Shown here piece by piece: positions 1 to 14,993 of a stretch of 64,000 nucleotides of DNA; position 1 is the stretch's first letter; each line of letters starts with the position of its first letter. This DNA is from Candidatus Dormiibacterota bacterium (lineage in GTDB: Bacteria; Chloroflexota; Dormibacteria; Aeolococcales; Aeolococcaceae): the NCBI GenBank assembly GCA_003142035.1, contig PLOF01000050.1:191-64190 (forward strand), given 5' to 3'. The notes beneath the pieces were generated by a model, which was given only the letters and a program-made list of their open reading frames with translations, had not been told where the DNA came from and made no database searches. The position numbers and the translations under genes were made by a program.

Positions 1-650
<650 letters not shown>

Positions 651-924
651 GCGTTCAGGGAGCGCTGCACCTCGGCCGGAGAAGCGGGCGTGGTGCTTCG
701 CTTCGGCCCGGCCGTCGCAACGCCCTGACTGGCGTTGCGCGGCCTCCGATCCCACCCCACGTGGCAGGCCACGCGGGGACCCCGGGCGGCGGCATCGCAA
801 CTGCCGCCTGCGCAGAGCCCTCGCTGCGCACGCACACCCGCTTCTCCTCGACCGCGAGCACACACACCGCAATTCCTGCCGCGACCAACCGGCGACACCT
901 GCCCAACGCAACTGAAGGTCAGTG

Positions 925-5301
<4,377 letters not shown>

Positions 5302-5360
5302 CCCCGCGCGCGCGGGGGGCCATCGGGCCCCCCGCGTCCCGGCGGCAGTGCCGCCGGGGG
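5302..5360 (+). terminator. Cluster of three GC-rich hairpins immediately after the rpoC stop
   Basis: Hairpin 1: ccccgcgcgcgcgggg. Hairpin 2: ggggggcc-atcg-ggcccccc. Hairpin 3: cccggcggc-agt-gccgccggg. There is no clear U-tract, so the mechanism is uncertain. Confidence 0.45.
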
Positions 5361-5434
5361 TCTCATCCCCTATCCCGGCGCGGCCTCGCGCCGGACCTGA
5401 TGGCTCTCGCCTGGCGAGATGTCCTGTTAGCGCC

Positions 5435-5794
5435 TCACCTGGGCCACCCGGTGGTGAGCGCGTCCCGCACGGTCATCTCGGCCCCGTGACCCCGCAGCTC
5501 CGCCGCGGGCTCGCGGGGGCGGATCACGGCGTCGCGCAGGCTCTGCCTCCAGTGACCTCGGACGGCGCGCTGAACCTGGAGATTGGTCCACCAGACGGGC
5601 ACGTCGGCAACCTGGTCGCGCCGGAAGCGGATGTGCGTGGCCAGGATGCGTCGACGAACCGGCATCCCGAAGTCCGGGCGGTAGAAGAACTTGTAGGCGA
5701 GGTAGACGATGAGGCAGCCCGCGAGAGCCGCGACCCCCGTCGTGAACCCGTTCGAAGTGAGGATCGAGGCGAGGAGCGAGGTGTTCATCGCCAT
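5435..5794 (-). CDS. Small membrane protein, function unknown
   Basis: ORF 5435..5875 trimmed to the internal ATG at 5794 (MAMNTSLL..). One or two hydrophobic segments (GVAALAGCLIVYLAYKFF). The competing frames are Arg/Pro-rich junk. Confidence 0.5.
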   Translation of the reverse strand: MAMNTSLLASILTSNGFTTGVAALAGCLIVYLAYKFFYRPDFGMPVRRRILATHIRFRRDQVADVPVWWTNLQVQRAVRGHWRQSLRDAVIRPREPAAELRGHGAEMTVRDALTTGWPR

Positions 5795-5872
5795 CAACGA
5801 TAGGGCCACAGTCTGTTGCCGTGGTGCGATTGCAGCGTAACGGTTTCGTGATGGGCGCACATTCGCCGGACC

Positions 5873-5915
5873 CAAAAAAAGAGGGGCCGCCGGTGACTTG
5901 ATGTCGCCGGCGGCC
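5873..5915 (-). terminator. Rho-independent terminator (minus strand)
   Basis: 10-bp perfect stem gggccgccgg/ccggcggccc (5883-5892 and 5906-5915). On the minus strand it is followed by a run of seven U (A-tract 5873-5879 on the plus strand). Confidence 0.7.
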
Positions 5916-6098
5916 CTTGGGAAGGGAGGGCAAATGCTGGGAGTCGGCGCGCCTCGGGCGCTACCCGACCTCCACCATCATCAGGCGCAACGGTGACGTC
6001 CTCATGCTCCGCCGGTCACGGGTCCGCGACGTGCCGACCCCGATGTTGAGACCGCTCGAACCTCCGGGGCCTGCCCGCATCCCCTTCGGGGGACGGCC

Positions 6099-6815
6099 TC
6101 AGTGCAGCGCCGCCCCCATGCCCCCAGCGATCGCGAGCTCCGCGGCCAGGTCGTCAGCCAGAAGGCCGTTGACCAGTTCGGCCACGCCCTCGCCGGCCGG
6201 CCGGCGGGTCACCAGGTCGGCGACCGCCTTGACCTCGTCCAGCCCGTTGGCGACGGCAACCCCGCACCCGGCGAAGGCGAGCATGGGCAGATCATTCTCG
6301 GCGTCGCCCACAGCGACGCACGCCGCGGCGGTCTCGCCGATATCGAAGAGGGCCGCGGCGACACCCGAGAGCTTGCTGACGCCCCTGGGGAGAATGACCA
6401 CTCCGTCACGGTTCACCACCAGGTCCAGGGAGAGGCCGAGGTCCCGGATCGTCTCCCGGATGACCTCCAGATGGCGGACCGAGGCGGCATAGACGGCTCG
6501 GCCGACGGCCAGCGGCTCGACGCCGCGGCGGCGCAGCTCCGGCTTCAGCCGGCTGGAGACCGGGGCGCAGAGCAGCCACTCGGTGCCGGCGGAGGGGTCG
6601 ACGAGGAGAGCTCCGTTCTCGAGGACCAGTCGGTCGAAGACGTCCCATCTGCCGAAGACCGTCTCCAGCTGAGCGGCGGTGCGCCCGGTGACCAGGAGCA
6701 ACCGCCGCCCGCTCCGCCGCACTCGCTCCAATGCCGCCAAAGTGGCTGGGGCCACCACGCCCTCGGTGGCGATGGTTCCATCGAAGTCGCATGCCAACAC
6801 GCGGAACCGCACCAC
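6099..6815 (-). CDS. HAD-IIB (Cof-type) phosphatase
   Basis: Motif I DFDGT, motif II VTGR, and C-terminal GDAENDLPML. GTG start. Confidence 0.85.
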   Translation of the reverse strand: MVRFRVLACDFDGTIATEGVVAPATLAALERVRRSGRRLLLVTGRTAAQLETVFGRWDVFDRLVLENGALLVDPSAGTEWLLCAPVSSRLKPELRRRGVEPLAVGRAVYAASVRHLEVIRETIRDLGLSLDLVVNRDGVVILPRGVSKLSGVAAALFDIGETAAACVAVGDAENDLPMLAFAGCGVAVANGLDEVKAVADLVTRRPAGEGVAELVNGLLADDLAAELAIAGGMGAALH

Positions 6816-6892
6816 CCCATTGTGTCAATCGACGGCGCCTGCCCGACTCCGCCGTGAGGGTGGCCCTCGCCGAACGCGCCCCTCCCGAGCGA

Positions 6893-7954
6893 TCAATGCT
6901 CGAAGCTCACCCGGATCTCGGTCCCCTTGCCGATCTGCGAGCGGATCTCGAGGCGGCCCTTCTCCAGGTCGGCGCGCTCCCGCATCGAGATCATGCCGAG
7001 GTGCTTGCCGGAATCCAGCCGCCCCTCGGCAGCGGCGACATCGAAGCCGACGCCGTCGTCGCGAACGATCGCCGAGACCGCATGCGGCTGAAAGGCGACG
7101 ACCACCTCCACGTTCTTGGCCCGGGCGTGCTTTCTGGCGTTGTTCATCGCCTCCTGGATGATCCGGAAGAGCGTCGGCTCCAGCGCGCCGGGCAGTCGCG
7201 TCTCCTCCCCGATGACCCGCAGGCTGGTGGTCACCCCACTCAGCTCGAAATCCTTGGTGAACTTGCGCAGGGTGGGCACCAGGCCAAGATCGTCCAGGGT
7301 CATCGGGCGCAGGTCAAAGATCAGCCGCCGCGTCTCGTCCAGGACCCCTCGGACCCCGTTCTTGAAGTCGGCCAGCTCGTTGACAACCAACTGCGGATCG
7401 CGGCTGATCAGCCGCTCCAGGATCTCGGCCTGGAGGACCAGGTTGGCCATGGACTGCGCAGGCCCGTCATGCATGTCCCGGGCGATCCGCATCCGCTCCT
7501 CCTCGATGATCTGGAAGACCTGACGGGAGGTGTTGCGGAGCCGGGCGGTGCCCGCGGTCGAAGCGGGCGAGGCGGCACTCGCCGCCAGGTCGTCCAGGCT
7601 CCGGTAGACCTGGCGGAGGAGCTCCTGCTCATGATGGATGTCGTTCATGCGGGCGACGGTGTCCCGGGTCCTCTCCTCCAGGGAGGCCAGGTCCGCCCGG
7701 GTCGAGGAGACCATCCGGAACTGGGTGTCGATGTCTTCGACGGCAAAGCGCTCGAAGTTCTTGAGGACGTGACTCCAGACCACCTCGGCCTCCTCGAGCC
7801 GGTCCCGCAACTGGTCGCGCCGCTCGACAGCGTCCGCCTGGCGTGCGTCAAGGCGCAGCGCCACCCCCTCGAGGTCCTCGATCCGTTTGGTGATGAGGAA
7901 CCGGATGCCGGAGATCGCGGACGGATTGACCGGCCGCGCGGTCTCTGCAGCCAC
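6893..7954 (-). CDS. DegS-like cytoplasmic sensor histidine kinase (HisKA_3 + HATPase_c)
   Basis: H-box EEERMRIARDMHDGPAQ. The N-terminal coiled region resembles the DegS sensor domain (NFERFAVEDI). N and G boxes are present. The start was trimmed to GTG 7954 because the first 28 codons of the 8038 ORF have low third-position GC. Confidence 0.85.
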   Translation of the reverse strand: MAAETARPVNPSAISGIRFLITKRIEDLEGVALRLDARQADAVERRDQLRDRLEEAEVVWSHVLKNFERFAVEDIDTQFRMVSSTRADLASLEERTRDTVARMNDIHHEQELLRQVYRSLDDLAASAASPASTAGTARLRNTSRQVFQIIEEERMRIARDMHDGPAQSMANLVLQAEILERLISRDPQLVVNELADFKNGVRGVLDETRRLIFDLRPMTLDDLGLVPTLRKFTKDFELSGVTTSLRVIGEETRLPGALEPTLFRIIQEAMNNARKHARAKNVEVVVAFQPHAVSAIVRDDGVGFDVAAAEGRLDSGKHLGMISMRERADLEKGRLEIRSQIGKGTEIRVSFEH

Positions 7955-8324
7955 GGTCAAGCGAGCAAAAGCACGCGGAACACTGCGCGGCCATGATACC
8001 GGCGACCCATGAAGGCGACGGACGCATGGCAGTGACAATGACGCGGCCGAGGCGTGACCGCTGCGGCGGTACGGTCGCGAGCCGGTCGGCAGAACGCCAG
8101 TGCCGAACGCGTCGATCGAGTGGCGAAGCCCTCGCCCAGATCTCGCTCATGGCAGCGTGGCGTCACGGCCCGGTGGTCAGGGACGGAGCTGTGGGAAGGC
8201 CCCACATCGGGTCTGTGACAAGCCGGTTGCGCCGTCACTCCCCCTTTACACCCCGAGCGTATAACCGGCACCTGGGCCACCGCCGTCCACCCTGCCGACG
8301 ATCGTGGTGGGGTGGCCGTAACCA

Positions 8325-8807
8325 ATGAGGACGAGAGCGATGAGCGACACGCCGGGGCCGACGCGCATCCTCGTGGCCGAAGATGACCCGGCGCTGCGCC
8401 GCCTCGTCGACATGCTCCTGAGCAATCAGGGCTACGACGTCCTCACCGTCAACGACGGTGCCGACGCCCTGGCCGCCGTGGAAAACTGGCCGCCCGACGC
8501 GCTGGTCGTCGACGTCATGATGCCCCGCATGTCCGGCCTCACCGTCTGCAGGGAACTCCGCGCCGACGGGCGCTTTGCCACGGTGCCGATCATCCTTCTG
8601 ACCGCGCGGGTCTTCGACGAGGACATCCAGGCGGTGATGGAGCTCGGCGGCATCGAGTTCATGAACAAACCCTTCAACCCGCGCCAGCTGGTGGCGGTGC
8701 TGGAAAGCCTGGTCACCGGCCCGCTGACCCCCGCCCACTCGCCGGCCCTGGCCGCCGCTCGTCCCGTCGCCTCGGCCCCGGCCGGGGACAGACCGGCTCG
8801 GCGCTGA
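8325..8807 (+). CDS. Stand-alone receiver (CheY-like) response regulator
   Basis: ILVAEDD ... VVDVMMPRMSG ... LTA ... KPF receiver signature with no output domain. ATG 8340 is an alternative start. Confidence 0.85.
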   Translation: MRTRAMSDTPGPTRILVAEDDPALRRLVDMLLSNQGYDVLTVNDGADALAAVENWPPDALVVDVMMPRMSGLTVCRELRADGRFATVPIILLTARVFDEDIQAVMELGGIEFMNKPFNPRQLVAVLESLVTGPLTPAHSPALAAARPVASAPAGDRPARR

Positions 8808-8833
8808 GCCGGGACGCGCGGGGGTTTGGGCCG

Positions 8834-10600
8834 ATGGGCTCCGGCCTCATCACGGCTGCGCCGGATGCCCCCGGCGGCGGCGCGGTGCCCCTTCCACACC
8901 CCCTGATGCGGCGGCTGCACGACCTCCTGGACGAGTGGAGCACCCCGGGGGGGCTGCTGGTCGTCGGCGCCCTCCTGATCACCGCCATCGCCGTGACCTC
9001 GGCGATCACCGATCCTGACTTCTGGTGGCACCTCCAAACCGGCCAGCTGCTGATCGCCAACCACCTCCAGCTGCTCGGCCACGATCCGTACACCTATACG
9101 GTTGCCAGCCATCACTGGACCATGCACGAGTGGCTCTTCGAGGCCGGTGTCGCCGCCCTCTACAACATCGGCGGGATGGGCGCGATCGTCCCCGTGCTCA
9201 GCCTGCTCACCTGGTTCGGCGTCGTCTTCATCCTGCTGCGGGCCCGCCTCCACACCGGGAACCGCCTCAGCCTGGGTCTCGGACTGATCGTGGCCGCGCT
9301 GGCGGCCAACCCGATCTGGGGACCGCGCGACCAGATGGTTGACTTCACCTTCAGCTGCCTGGTGTTGCTGCTGATCGAGCGGTACCTCATGCGCGGCGGC
9401 CGGGCGCTGTGGTTCCTACCCCCCCTCTTCCTGCTGTGGAGCAACCTGCACGGCGGCTTCGTCATCGGCTTGGTCTTCGCCGGGCTGATCGTGGCGGCCG
9501 AGGCGGCAGGCCTCCGCCTCCGCCTCCCCGACCCGGTGCCAACGCGAAGGATCGCCACCCTGGCCGGGGTGACCGTCCTCTCCACCCTGGTGTCGATGAT
9601 CAACCCCAATGGGCCGGGGATACTCATCTACGCCGCCGAGACGCTCGCCTCACCGGCCCAGCAGGCCCTCATCCTCGAGTGGCAGTCGCCCGACTTCCAC
9701 CAGCTCGAGGTGCGCGGATTCGCGGTGATGCTGGTCAGCCTGTTGGGATTCCTGATCGTCAACCGCAGGATCCGGGCTCGTGACGCGGTGCTGGTGGCGG
9801 CAACCAGCGTGCTCGCCCTCGAATCGGTGCGCAACGTCGCCCTCTTCGTGGCCGCCGCCAGCCCCACCTGGATCGAGCAACTGAGCCGGCTGCTGGACCG
9901 TCTTCGGTCGGACGCGGCGCTCGCGGCGCTGCGCCGGACGGCCGCCCGCGCCGGCGACCCGGTCCCCGCCGCAGCGGTCGCGCCAGCCCCGGCCGGAGAC
10001 GGCGGGAACGCGACGGCCCCGGCCGTCCGTCCGGCTGCCCGCCCGCTGCCCCCGTTCCGCATCCGGGTCATCGCCCTGACGGCGATGACCGCCGCGCTCC
10101 TCGGCGGCTGGGTCGGGCTCCGCCTCGTCCCGGCGATGACCACCACCCCCACGGCCCTCAGCTACGCGGATACCTACCCCGTCTGCGCCAGCGCCTGGCT
10201 GCGCTCCGCGCCGGGTCACCTGCGAATCTTCAACCAGTACGGGGAGGGGGGGTACCTGGCCTGGAGCCTGGCCGGCACGGGCGACAAGATCTTCATCTTC
10301 GGCGACGCCGCCCTGATGGGCGACAGCCTCCTCTACACCTACTCCGACGTCGCCGACGTCACGCCGCAATGGCAGAGCATCCTCCTCCACGACGGCACCC
10401 AGATGGTGCTCTTCGACACCGGCAGCGCCCTTGACCATGTGATCGAGGCGAGCCCGAACTGGGTGATGGTGTACAGCGACCCGCACAACCAGGCTTTTGT
10501 CCTGAAGAGCGAGCTGGCCTCTCTCCACCTTCCGCCCCAGCCGGCGCCCACGGGGACCTGCGCCCAGCTTGCCGCCCAGGACAAGGCGACCTCCTCGTGA
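8834..10600 (+). CDS. Large polytopic membrane protein (possible GT-C-like glycosyltransferase), paralog 1
   Basis: More than 10 hydrophobic segments. N-terminal loop motif DPDFWWHLQTG..HDPYTY..HEWL. C-terminal soluble domain. The family assignment is tentative. Confidence 0.75.
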   Translation: MGSGLITAAPDAPGGGAVPLPHPLMRRLHDLLDEWSTPGGLLVVGALLITAIAVTSAITDPDFWWHLQTGQLLIANHLQLLGHDPYTYTVASHHWTMHEWLFEAGVAALYNIGGMGAIVPVLSLLTWFGVVFILLRARLHTGNRLSLGLGLIVAALAANPIWGPRDQMVDFTFSCLVLLLIERYLMRGGRALWFLPPLFLLWSNLHGGFVIGLVFAGLIVAAEAAGLRLRLPDPVPTRRIATLAGVTVLSTLVSMINPNGPGILIYAAETLASPAQQALILEWQSPDFHQLEVRGFAVMLVSLLGFLIVNRRIRARDAVLVAATSVLALESVRNVALFVAAASPTWIEQLSRLLDRLRSDAALAALRRTAARAGDPVPAAAVAPAPAGDGGNATAPAVRPAARPLPPFRIRVIALTAMTAALLGGWVGLRLVPAMTTTPTALSYADTYPVCASAWLRSAPGHLRIFNQYGEGGYLAWSLAGTGDKIFIFGDAALMGDSLLYTYSDVADVTPQWQSILLHDGTQMVLFDTGSALDHVIEASPNWVMVYSDPHNQAFVLKSELASLHLPPQPAPTGTCAQLAAQDKATSS

Positions 10601-12279
10601 TCGAGCCCTCCACCGTAGCCGCCCACGACGGCGCCGGGACGGGCTCCCCGCGTCCCGGGTCGCGCGCGGTCAACGCGGCCTGGCTCCTCGGCGGCTTCTG
10701 CATCACCCTCATCTTCACGGTGCAGCTCTTCCGCTACGGCGACGAGTGGTGGCACATCGCTCTGGGCCGGCTGATCCTGAGCCACGGCATCCCCTCGGTC
10801 GAACCCTTCAGCTTCGTGGCGACCCAGCACCCCTGGGTGGAGCAGCAGTGGCTCTACGAGGTGGTCCTTGCCACCCTGGTCCGGCTCGGAGGCGACGGCC
10901 TCGCCTCCCTGGCCCTGGGGCTGGTCGGCAGCCTCGCCCTCCTCGTCGCCGCCCTCGCCGTCCCCCGGCGGGCTCACGTCCCGCGGGGTTGGAGCGCGGC
11001 CGCGATGGTCCTCTGCGGCCTGATGGCGGGCATGGCCCTCGGCGTCCGTGCCGAGACGGTGAGCGCCCTCGGCGTGGCACTGACCCTGCTAATCGTCCAG
11101 CGCTGGCGGGACGGCAACCGATGGGTGGTCTGGCTGCTGCCCCCGATGTACCTGCTCTGGGCCAACCTCCATGCCGGCTTCATCGCCGGGCTCGGGGTGC
11201 TGGCCTTCACCCTCGTCATCCATCGCGCCTCGCGAAACCGGACGTCGCCGGTCCCGGGGGGGCTCTCGCTGGCCGTGATCTGCGTGGGCGCCGCCGCCGC
11301 CGCGGTGCTCCTCGGCCTGGTTGCCGGCGCGGCGATCCTGGTCCTTCTCTGGGCGGTCTTCCGCCCCGCCCCCGTGGACCCGGGCGTCCGCCGCCGACCC
11401 CTGCTGATCGCATCGGTGACCGCCTCCGCCCTGACCCTGGTCAACCCGGCGGGGCCTGGCCTCTACCGGTACATCGCGGAGACGGTGAGCAACCCGATCC
11501 TCTCCCAACTGGTCTCCGAGTGGCAGTCGCCGAACTTCCACGACATGCTGACCCGGCTGATTGAGGTGGTCGCGGCCCTCCTGGTCCTGGTGTGGCTGCT
11601 CGGCCGGCGGCCGCGTGTGCCCGACATCCTGCTGGCCACCGGCGCCTTCCTCCTCACCCTCCAGGCCGTCCGCAACGTCAGCCTCTTCGCGGTGGTGGCG
11701 ATCCCCATCCTCTCCGAATACGGCGCGGCAGCCTGGGCGGCCCGAGCCCCGGTCCATCTGCGCATCCGCCTCGGCACCCGGCTGCCCGGAGCGGTGGCCC
11801 TGGTCGCCGCGATCGCGGTGAGCGCCGCCTCCATCGCGGTCATGGCGCCCCAGGCGTCGGCCTCGTCGGCTGTCCAATTCGAACAGACCCACGAGCCCGA
11901 AACCGCCGCCGACTACGTCGCCGCCCACTTTCCCGGGCAGCGTCTCCTCAGCTCGGACGGCGACGCCGGCTACCTCGCCTACCGCTTCCCCACCGGGCGC
12001 GTGGTCTTCTTGTACGACGAGATCGGCGTCTTCGGCACCGGTCCGCTGACGGACTACACCGACATCGCCACCATCTCCAGCACCTGGAAGGCGTTGCTCG
12101 TCAAGTACGACCTCCACCACGCCGTCCTCGGATCCCATAGCGCCGACGTCTCCGCCCTGCTGGAGCTCGGCTGGACGGTCAACTGCTACGAGGCGCCGAG
12201 CGGCCGGGTGGTCATGTCGGCGGGCGGCTCGCCCCCCGCCTCGCCTCCTCCCCCACCGTCTGACGCCCCCGCCTGTTAG
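10597..12279 (+). CDS. Large polytopic membrane protein, paralog 2 of 8834..10600
   Basis: Same architecture and motifs as paralog 1 (GDEWWHIALG..EPFSF..QQWLYE; SEWQSPNFH versus LEWQSPDFH). GTGA start/stop overlap with paralog 1. Confidence 0.75.
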   Translation: MIEPSTVAAHDGAGTGSPRPGSRAVNAAWLLGGFCITLIFTVQLFRYGDEWWHIALGRLILSHGIPSVEPFSFVATQHPWVEQQWLYEVVLATLVRLGGDGLASLALGLVGSLALLVAALAVPRRAHVPRGWSAAAMVLCGLMAGMALGVRAETVSALGVALTLLIVQRWRDGNRWVVWLLPPMYLLWANLHAGFIAGLGVLAFTLVIHRASRNRTSPVPGGLSLAVICVGAAAAAVLLGLVAGAAILVLLWAVFRPAPVDPGVRRRPLLIASVTASALTLVNPAGPGLYRYIAETVSNPILSQLVSEWQSPNFHDMLTRLIEVVAALLVLVWLLGRRPRVPDILLATGAFLLTLQAVRNVSLFAVVAIPILSEYGAAAWAARAPVHLRIRLGTRLPGAVALVAAIAVSAASIAVMAPQASASSAVQFEQTHEPETAADYVAAHFPGQRLLSSDGDAGYLAYRFPTGRVVFLYDEIGVFGTGPLTDYTDIATISSTWKALLVKYDLHHAVLGSHSADVSALLELGWTVNCYEAPSGRVVMSAGGSPPASPPPPPSDAPAC

Positions 12280-12306
12280 CGGGGTGCGCCAAGAGCCCCG
12301 AGGCTC

Positions 12307-13446
12307 CTACCCCACCTGCCCGTCAACGCCGCGGGCCAGGATCCGGGCCGCGATCCGGAATGCCTCGCCGCTCAGCGAAGCGGACCCCTGGCGCCGGGCC
12401 TCGTCGCCAATCTGACGGAGGACGGCCGCCGCCATCTGCCGCTCCTCGGCGGTCCGGGCGGCCAGGGCAGCCTCCTGGGCATAGGCGAGGGCCACCACCA
12501 GACGACCGCCCTCCAGAGCGACGGCGGCGAGAGCACGGAGCGCCTCCCCCCGCAGGGTGTCGTCGCCCAGCTCGTCGGCGCTGGCTCGGCAGTCCTCGAG
12601 ACAGCGCGTGGCCCGGTGCGCCTGGCCGCGCCGCCAGTGGCTGATGCCGAGGTCATGAAGGATTTCGGCCACGCCGTGCGCGTCGAGACCGGCTTCGCGG
12701 AGCGGCATCGCCTGACGAAGGCGAGCCTCCACGTCGGCCCAGCGCTCCTCCGCGGCCGCCTGGGACGCCAGGGTGACCAGCCCGTCGGCGACCACCTGGA
12801 CGTGGGGACCCTCAGGCACCTCCATCGCACGCTGGAACATCCTCTCCGCACCGGCGGCGTCCCCGCGGGCGGCGGCCAGACGACCAAGGTTGGCGGCTGC
12901 GGCCGCCCGCGTGTGAGGGTCGCCCCGCTCCAAGGCCTCCTGCCAGCGAGCCGCCGCGGTCTTGGCCTCGCCATTCTCCGCCGCCGCGGAGCCGAGCTCG
13001 AGAAGGACCGCAGCCAGCACCTCCGGGGGGCTGCCTCCGGAGAGGCGCTCGGCCGAAGCCAGGTAGGCGGCACCGAGTCCAACGTCGAGACCGGTGACGA
13101 GAGCGCGGCCAAGCGCGGCCAGAGCCACCGCGCAGGCGCCCGGGTCGGCGACCGCCCACTGCTCCAGTGCCAACCTGACGCTCGCCTGCGCCTCTGCCCT
13201 GGCTCCCTGCAGCTCCTCGCAGAGACCGCGCCCCAGCAGCTCGAGACCGCGCCACGCGGGCGATGCCTCGGCCGCCAGCAGCCGATCAAAGGCCGTGGCG
13301 GCGCCGGCTCCCTCCACCTGCAGTCGGTTCAGCGCGGCCAGCAGCGGAGCCGGGAGCGAGGCCGCATCGGCCGGTGTAACGGGGGGTGATGCCGCATCGT
13401 TACCGGAAGCGCTGGTGCCCCCGCCCAAGGCGGACAGTAGGCTCAT
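12307..13446 (-). CDS. Ala-rich TPR-like repeat protein
   Basis: Repeated helical A/L/R-rich 34-residue-like units. Trimmed to ATG 13446 (MSLLSALGGG). Confidence 0.6.
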   Translation of the reverse strand: MSLLSALGGGTSASGNDAASPPVTPADAASLPAPLLAALNRLQVEGAGAATAFDRLLAAEASPAWRGLELLGRGLCEELQGARAEAQASVRLALEQWAVADPGACAVALAALGRALVTGLDVGLGAAYLASAERLSGGSPPEVLAAVLLELGSAAAENGEAKTAAARWQEALERGDPHTRAAAAANLGRLAAARGDAAGAERMFQRAMEVPEGPHVQVVADGLVTLASQAAAEERWADVEARLRQAMPLREAGLDAHGVAEILHDLGISHWRRGQAHRATRCLEDCRASADELGDDTLRGEALRALAAVALEGGRLVVALAYAQEAALAARTAEERQMAAAVLRQIGDEARRQGSASLSGEAFRIAARILARGVDGQVG

Positions 13447-13476
13447 CGACGTGAACCGGAGGATCGGTGCGCCTCG

Positions 13477-14838
13477 ATGAGCGTGACTCCGCAGGTCGCG
13501 ATCGGCAACGCGGCCGCGCGCCCGCCGGCCGAATCGGCAGAGGGGACGCCGCACCGGACGATTCCTGACCTTCCGACGGTCCTCGACCGCGACCGCCGCG
13601 CAGGCATCGAGCGGGTGATCGAGCTGGCACGCTGGATCGTGCTGATCTTCGCCGCCGTCAGCGTGAACTTCCCCGGCGAGACCACCCCCAACCGCCCTGA
13701 GGTCGACCTGCTGCTCGGCATCTGGGCCATCTTCACCCTGGCGACGACCATCGCTCTCCTGACCAACCGCCTGCCCACCCGACGGCTACAGTACGCCATG
13801 CTCGCGCTCGACATCGCGATCGCGAGCGGCCTCGTCGACCTGACCGGGGGCTTCACCTCACAGCTGGGCCTCGTCTTCTACCTGGTCATCATCGCCAGCA
13901 GCCTCCGCTTCGGCTTGGGCGGCAGCCTCTTCTGCGCGGCGACCATCGCGGCGATCTACCTGGGCATCGGCTTCGCGACCGGCGGCCGGCTCAACGGCTC
14001 GACCGTCAACCTCTTCGCCGAGCGCCTCTTCCTCTTCATGGTCATCGCACTGATCACCGGGCTGATCTCCCGCGAAATGGTCCAGAGCCGGGCTCGCCAG
14101 CTCACTCATACGTACGAGCTGGAGGCGGTCGCCTTCAACGAGCTGCGCGAGGTCGATCGGATCAAGAGCGACTTCATGATGCTGGCGTCGCACGAGCTGA
14201 GGACCCCGCTGACCAAGATCAAGGCGTGGGTGAGCCTGATGCAGGACGCCGGCGACCGGCTCCCCATGAGCGCTCGTGACGAGGGCATCCGGGAGCTGCG
14301 TTCGGAGTCCGAGCACCTGGCCCGGCTGACCGACAACCTGCTGGCGATCGCCCAGCTCGAGTCCGGCGAGATCCGCCTCAAGACCACTGCCTGCGAGCTT
14401 GACGTCGTGATCGGCGACACCATCTCGCGCTTCATCGAGTCCGCCGATCGCAGCCGTTTCGTGGTCAACATCCTCCCCGACGCCTGCCGAGCGATGGCCG
14501 ACACCGAACGCCTCTCGCTCACCCTCGCCTGCCTCATCGACAACGCCCTGAAGTTCTCCCCAGAGTCGGAACAGGTGACCATCTCCACCCGGCGCGACGG
14601 GCCCTACGTGCTGATCGGGGTTCGCGACCAGGGTCGGCGCATCCCCGAGGCCGAGGCCGACCGGGTCTTCGCCTCCTTCTACCAGGTGGAGTCCCCGCTG
14701 CTCCGGCAACGCGGAGGCTTCGGGGTGGGCCTTTACCTGGCGCGACAGCTGGTGGAGCGAATGGGCGGCAGGATCTGGATCGACAATACCCGGGTCCGTG
14801 GCAACACCTTCATCGTCGCCCTGCCGGGGCAGTTTTAG
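13477..14838 (+). CDS. Membrane sensor histidine kinase (HisKA + HATPase_c)
   Basis: About 5-6 N-terminal TM helices, H-box FMMLASHELRTPLT, and G boxes (GGFGVGLYLA). Confidence 0.88.
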   Translation: MSVTPQVAIGNAAARPPAESAEGTPHRTIPDLPTVLDRDRRAGIERVIELARWIVLIFAAVSVNFPGETTPNRPEVDLLLGIWAIFTLATTIALLTNRLPTRRLQYAMLALDIAIASGLVDLTGGFTSQLGLVFYLVIIASSLRFGLGGSLFCAATIAAIYLGIGFATGGRLNGSTVNLFAERLFLFMVIALITGLISREMVQSRARQLTHTYELEAVAFNELREVDRIKSDFMMLASHELRTPLTKIKAWVSLMQDAGDRLPMSARDEGIRELRSESEHLARLTDNLLAIAQLESGEIRLKTTACELDVVIGDTISRFIESADRSRFVVNILPDACRAMADTERLSLTLACLIDNALKFSPESEQVTISTRRDGPYVLIGVRDQGRRIPEAEADRVFASFYQVESPLLRQRGGFGVGLYLARQLVERMGGRIWIDNTRVRGNTFIVALPGQF

Positions 14839-14993
14839 GCGCGCACCCGAGAGGCGGCAGGCCTCCGCCATCTCAGCCTGGTAAAGGCCCGCAACACTCG
14901 GGTAACCGAATCAGAGCCTTCGCGATCTTAGTGGTAGCGTCATGGCGAGCATCAAGCCGTCCTATCGCGGAGGCCAATCCAGGGAACGACAGG

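Noticed and set aside
5917-6098. Possible ZTP (pfl) or fluoride riboswitch. The minus strand has CGUGACCGGCG and CUGAUGAUGG, which are reminiscent of conserved cores.
   Set aside because: The required pairing partners are absent: no CCGCCUGGGC-like 3' pseudoknot arm for ZTP, and the fluoride P1 or pseudoknot complementarity fails when written out. The downstream gene is not a typical target. The region is kept only as an unassigned structured spacer.
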